Assembly: GCA_973895155.1 (NCBI GenBank)
Contig: OZ316898.1
Coordinates: 18,735,292-18,799,291 of the forward strand
Length of the DNA: 64,000 nt
Origin: Marsupella aquatica
Taxonomy: Eukaryota; Plantae; Marchantiophyta
Direction: 5' to 3'
Positions 63,482 through 64,000 of the stretch are shown piece after piece. Position 1 is the stretch's first letter, and each line of letters opens with the position of its first letter. A program made the translations under genes and the position numbers. The notes beneath the pieces are model-generated. The model searched no databases. It was not told where the DNA came from and was given only the letters and a program-made list of their open reading frames with translations.

Positions 63482-64000
63482 TCTATTTTTTGCACCTAGC
63501 AGTCTTTTCTGCTCATTTTAGCAAGCCGTGTACAGACCAAAAGAAAGATTTTGATGAAATCTACTGCTGAATTTTTTCTCTTTAAAATTGAATAAATAGT
63601 GTTCAGAAAATAAAATAAACCCAGTTTTCGTTTTGTCCTACTGCTGATTTGTTCTGGGTTGAACCTTGCCAACTAGAATACCATACAGTTGTATGAAAGG
63701 CCTTTTTTATGCGTCATAGTTGTAGTTTAAGAAAATACATGCAACTAAACTGGCTTTCTCTCTAAATATTACTGCCTCCCACACACCTTTATCTCCTTCC
63801 CATCCCTTTATCTTCTGTGCAAGGCCCTAGAACACTAGCAAATTGAACACAAAAAACAGACAAATTTGGAGGCAATGAGTGCCATTAGCCCCCGAGTACA
63901 GCTATATTTTGCACTATATTTTGCACTGCCAAAGAACCAAAAGCGCCAATCTAGGTGACAAGAATGGAAAGGCAAGAGATCCAACTAAGGGGGGAACACA

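Overview
Eukaryotic land-plant genomic DNA: GT-AG introns, plant U-box genes and plant-type TEs. A liverwort/bryophyte origin is only my impression and is not established. Host genes: three intronless minus-strand U-box/ARM E3-ligase paralogues (261-1481, 14193-15497, 48467-49702) and a six-exon PhzF-family gene (5328-7955) whose usual catalytic residues are replaced. The centre (17328-35838) is a rearranged Ty1/copia complex. Two closely related copies are fused head-to-head without 5' LTR or PBS. The plus copy carries a nested L1-clade LINE with an 18-bp TSD, and the complex ends in a partial LTR pointing back into the inverted repeat. The right end holds an apparently intact 5.35-kb Mutator-like element (58136-63481; ~310-bp TIRs, perfect 10-bp TSD). 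It encodes a spliced DDE/SWIM transposase and, convergently, a 206-aa protein with a putative TM helix and an RNase H1 N-terminal/caulimovirus P6 (viroplasmin)-type nucleic-acid-binding domain. That two-gene MULE is the best candidate for an undescribed system. The copia foldback locus, the copia gag/pol recoding-like signatures, the PhzF pseudo-enzyme and the start-codon-containing tandem repeats upstream of U-box gene 2 also deserve follow-up. All domain calls come from motif recognition by eye; no database search was run.
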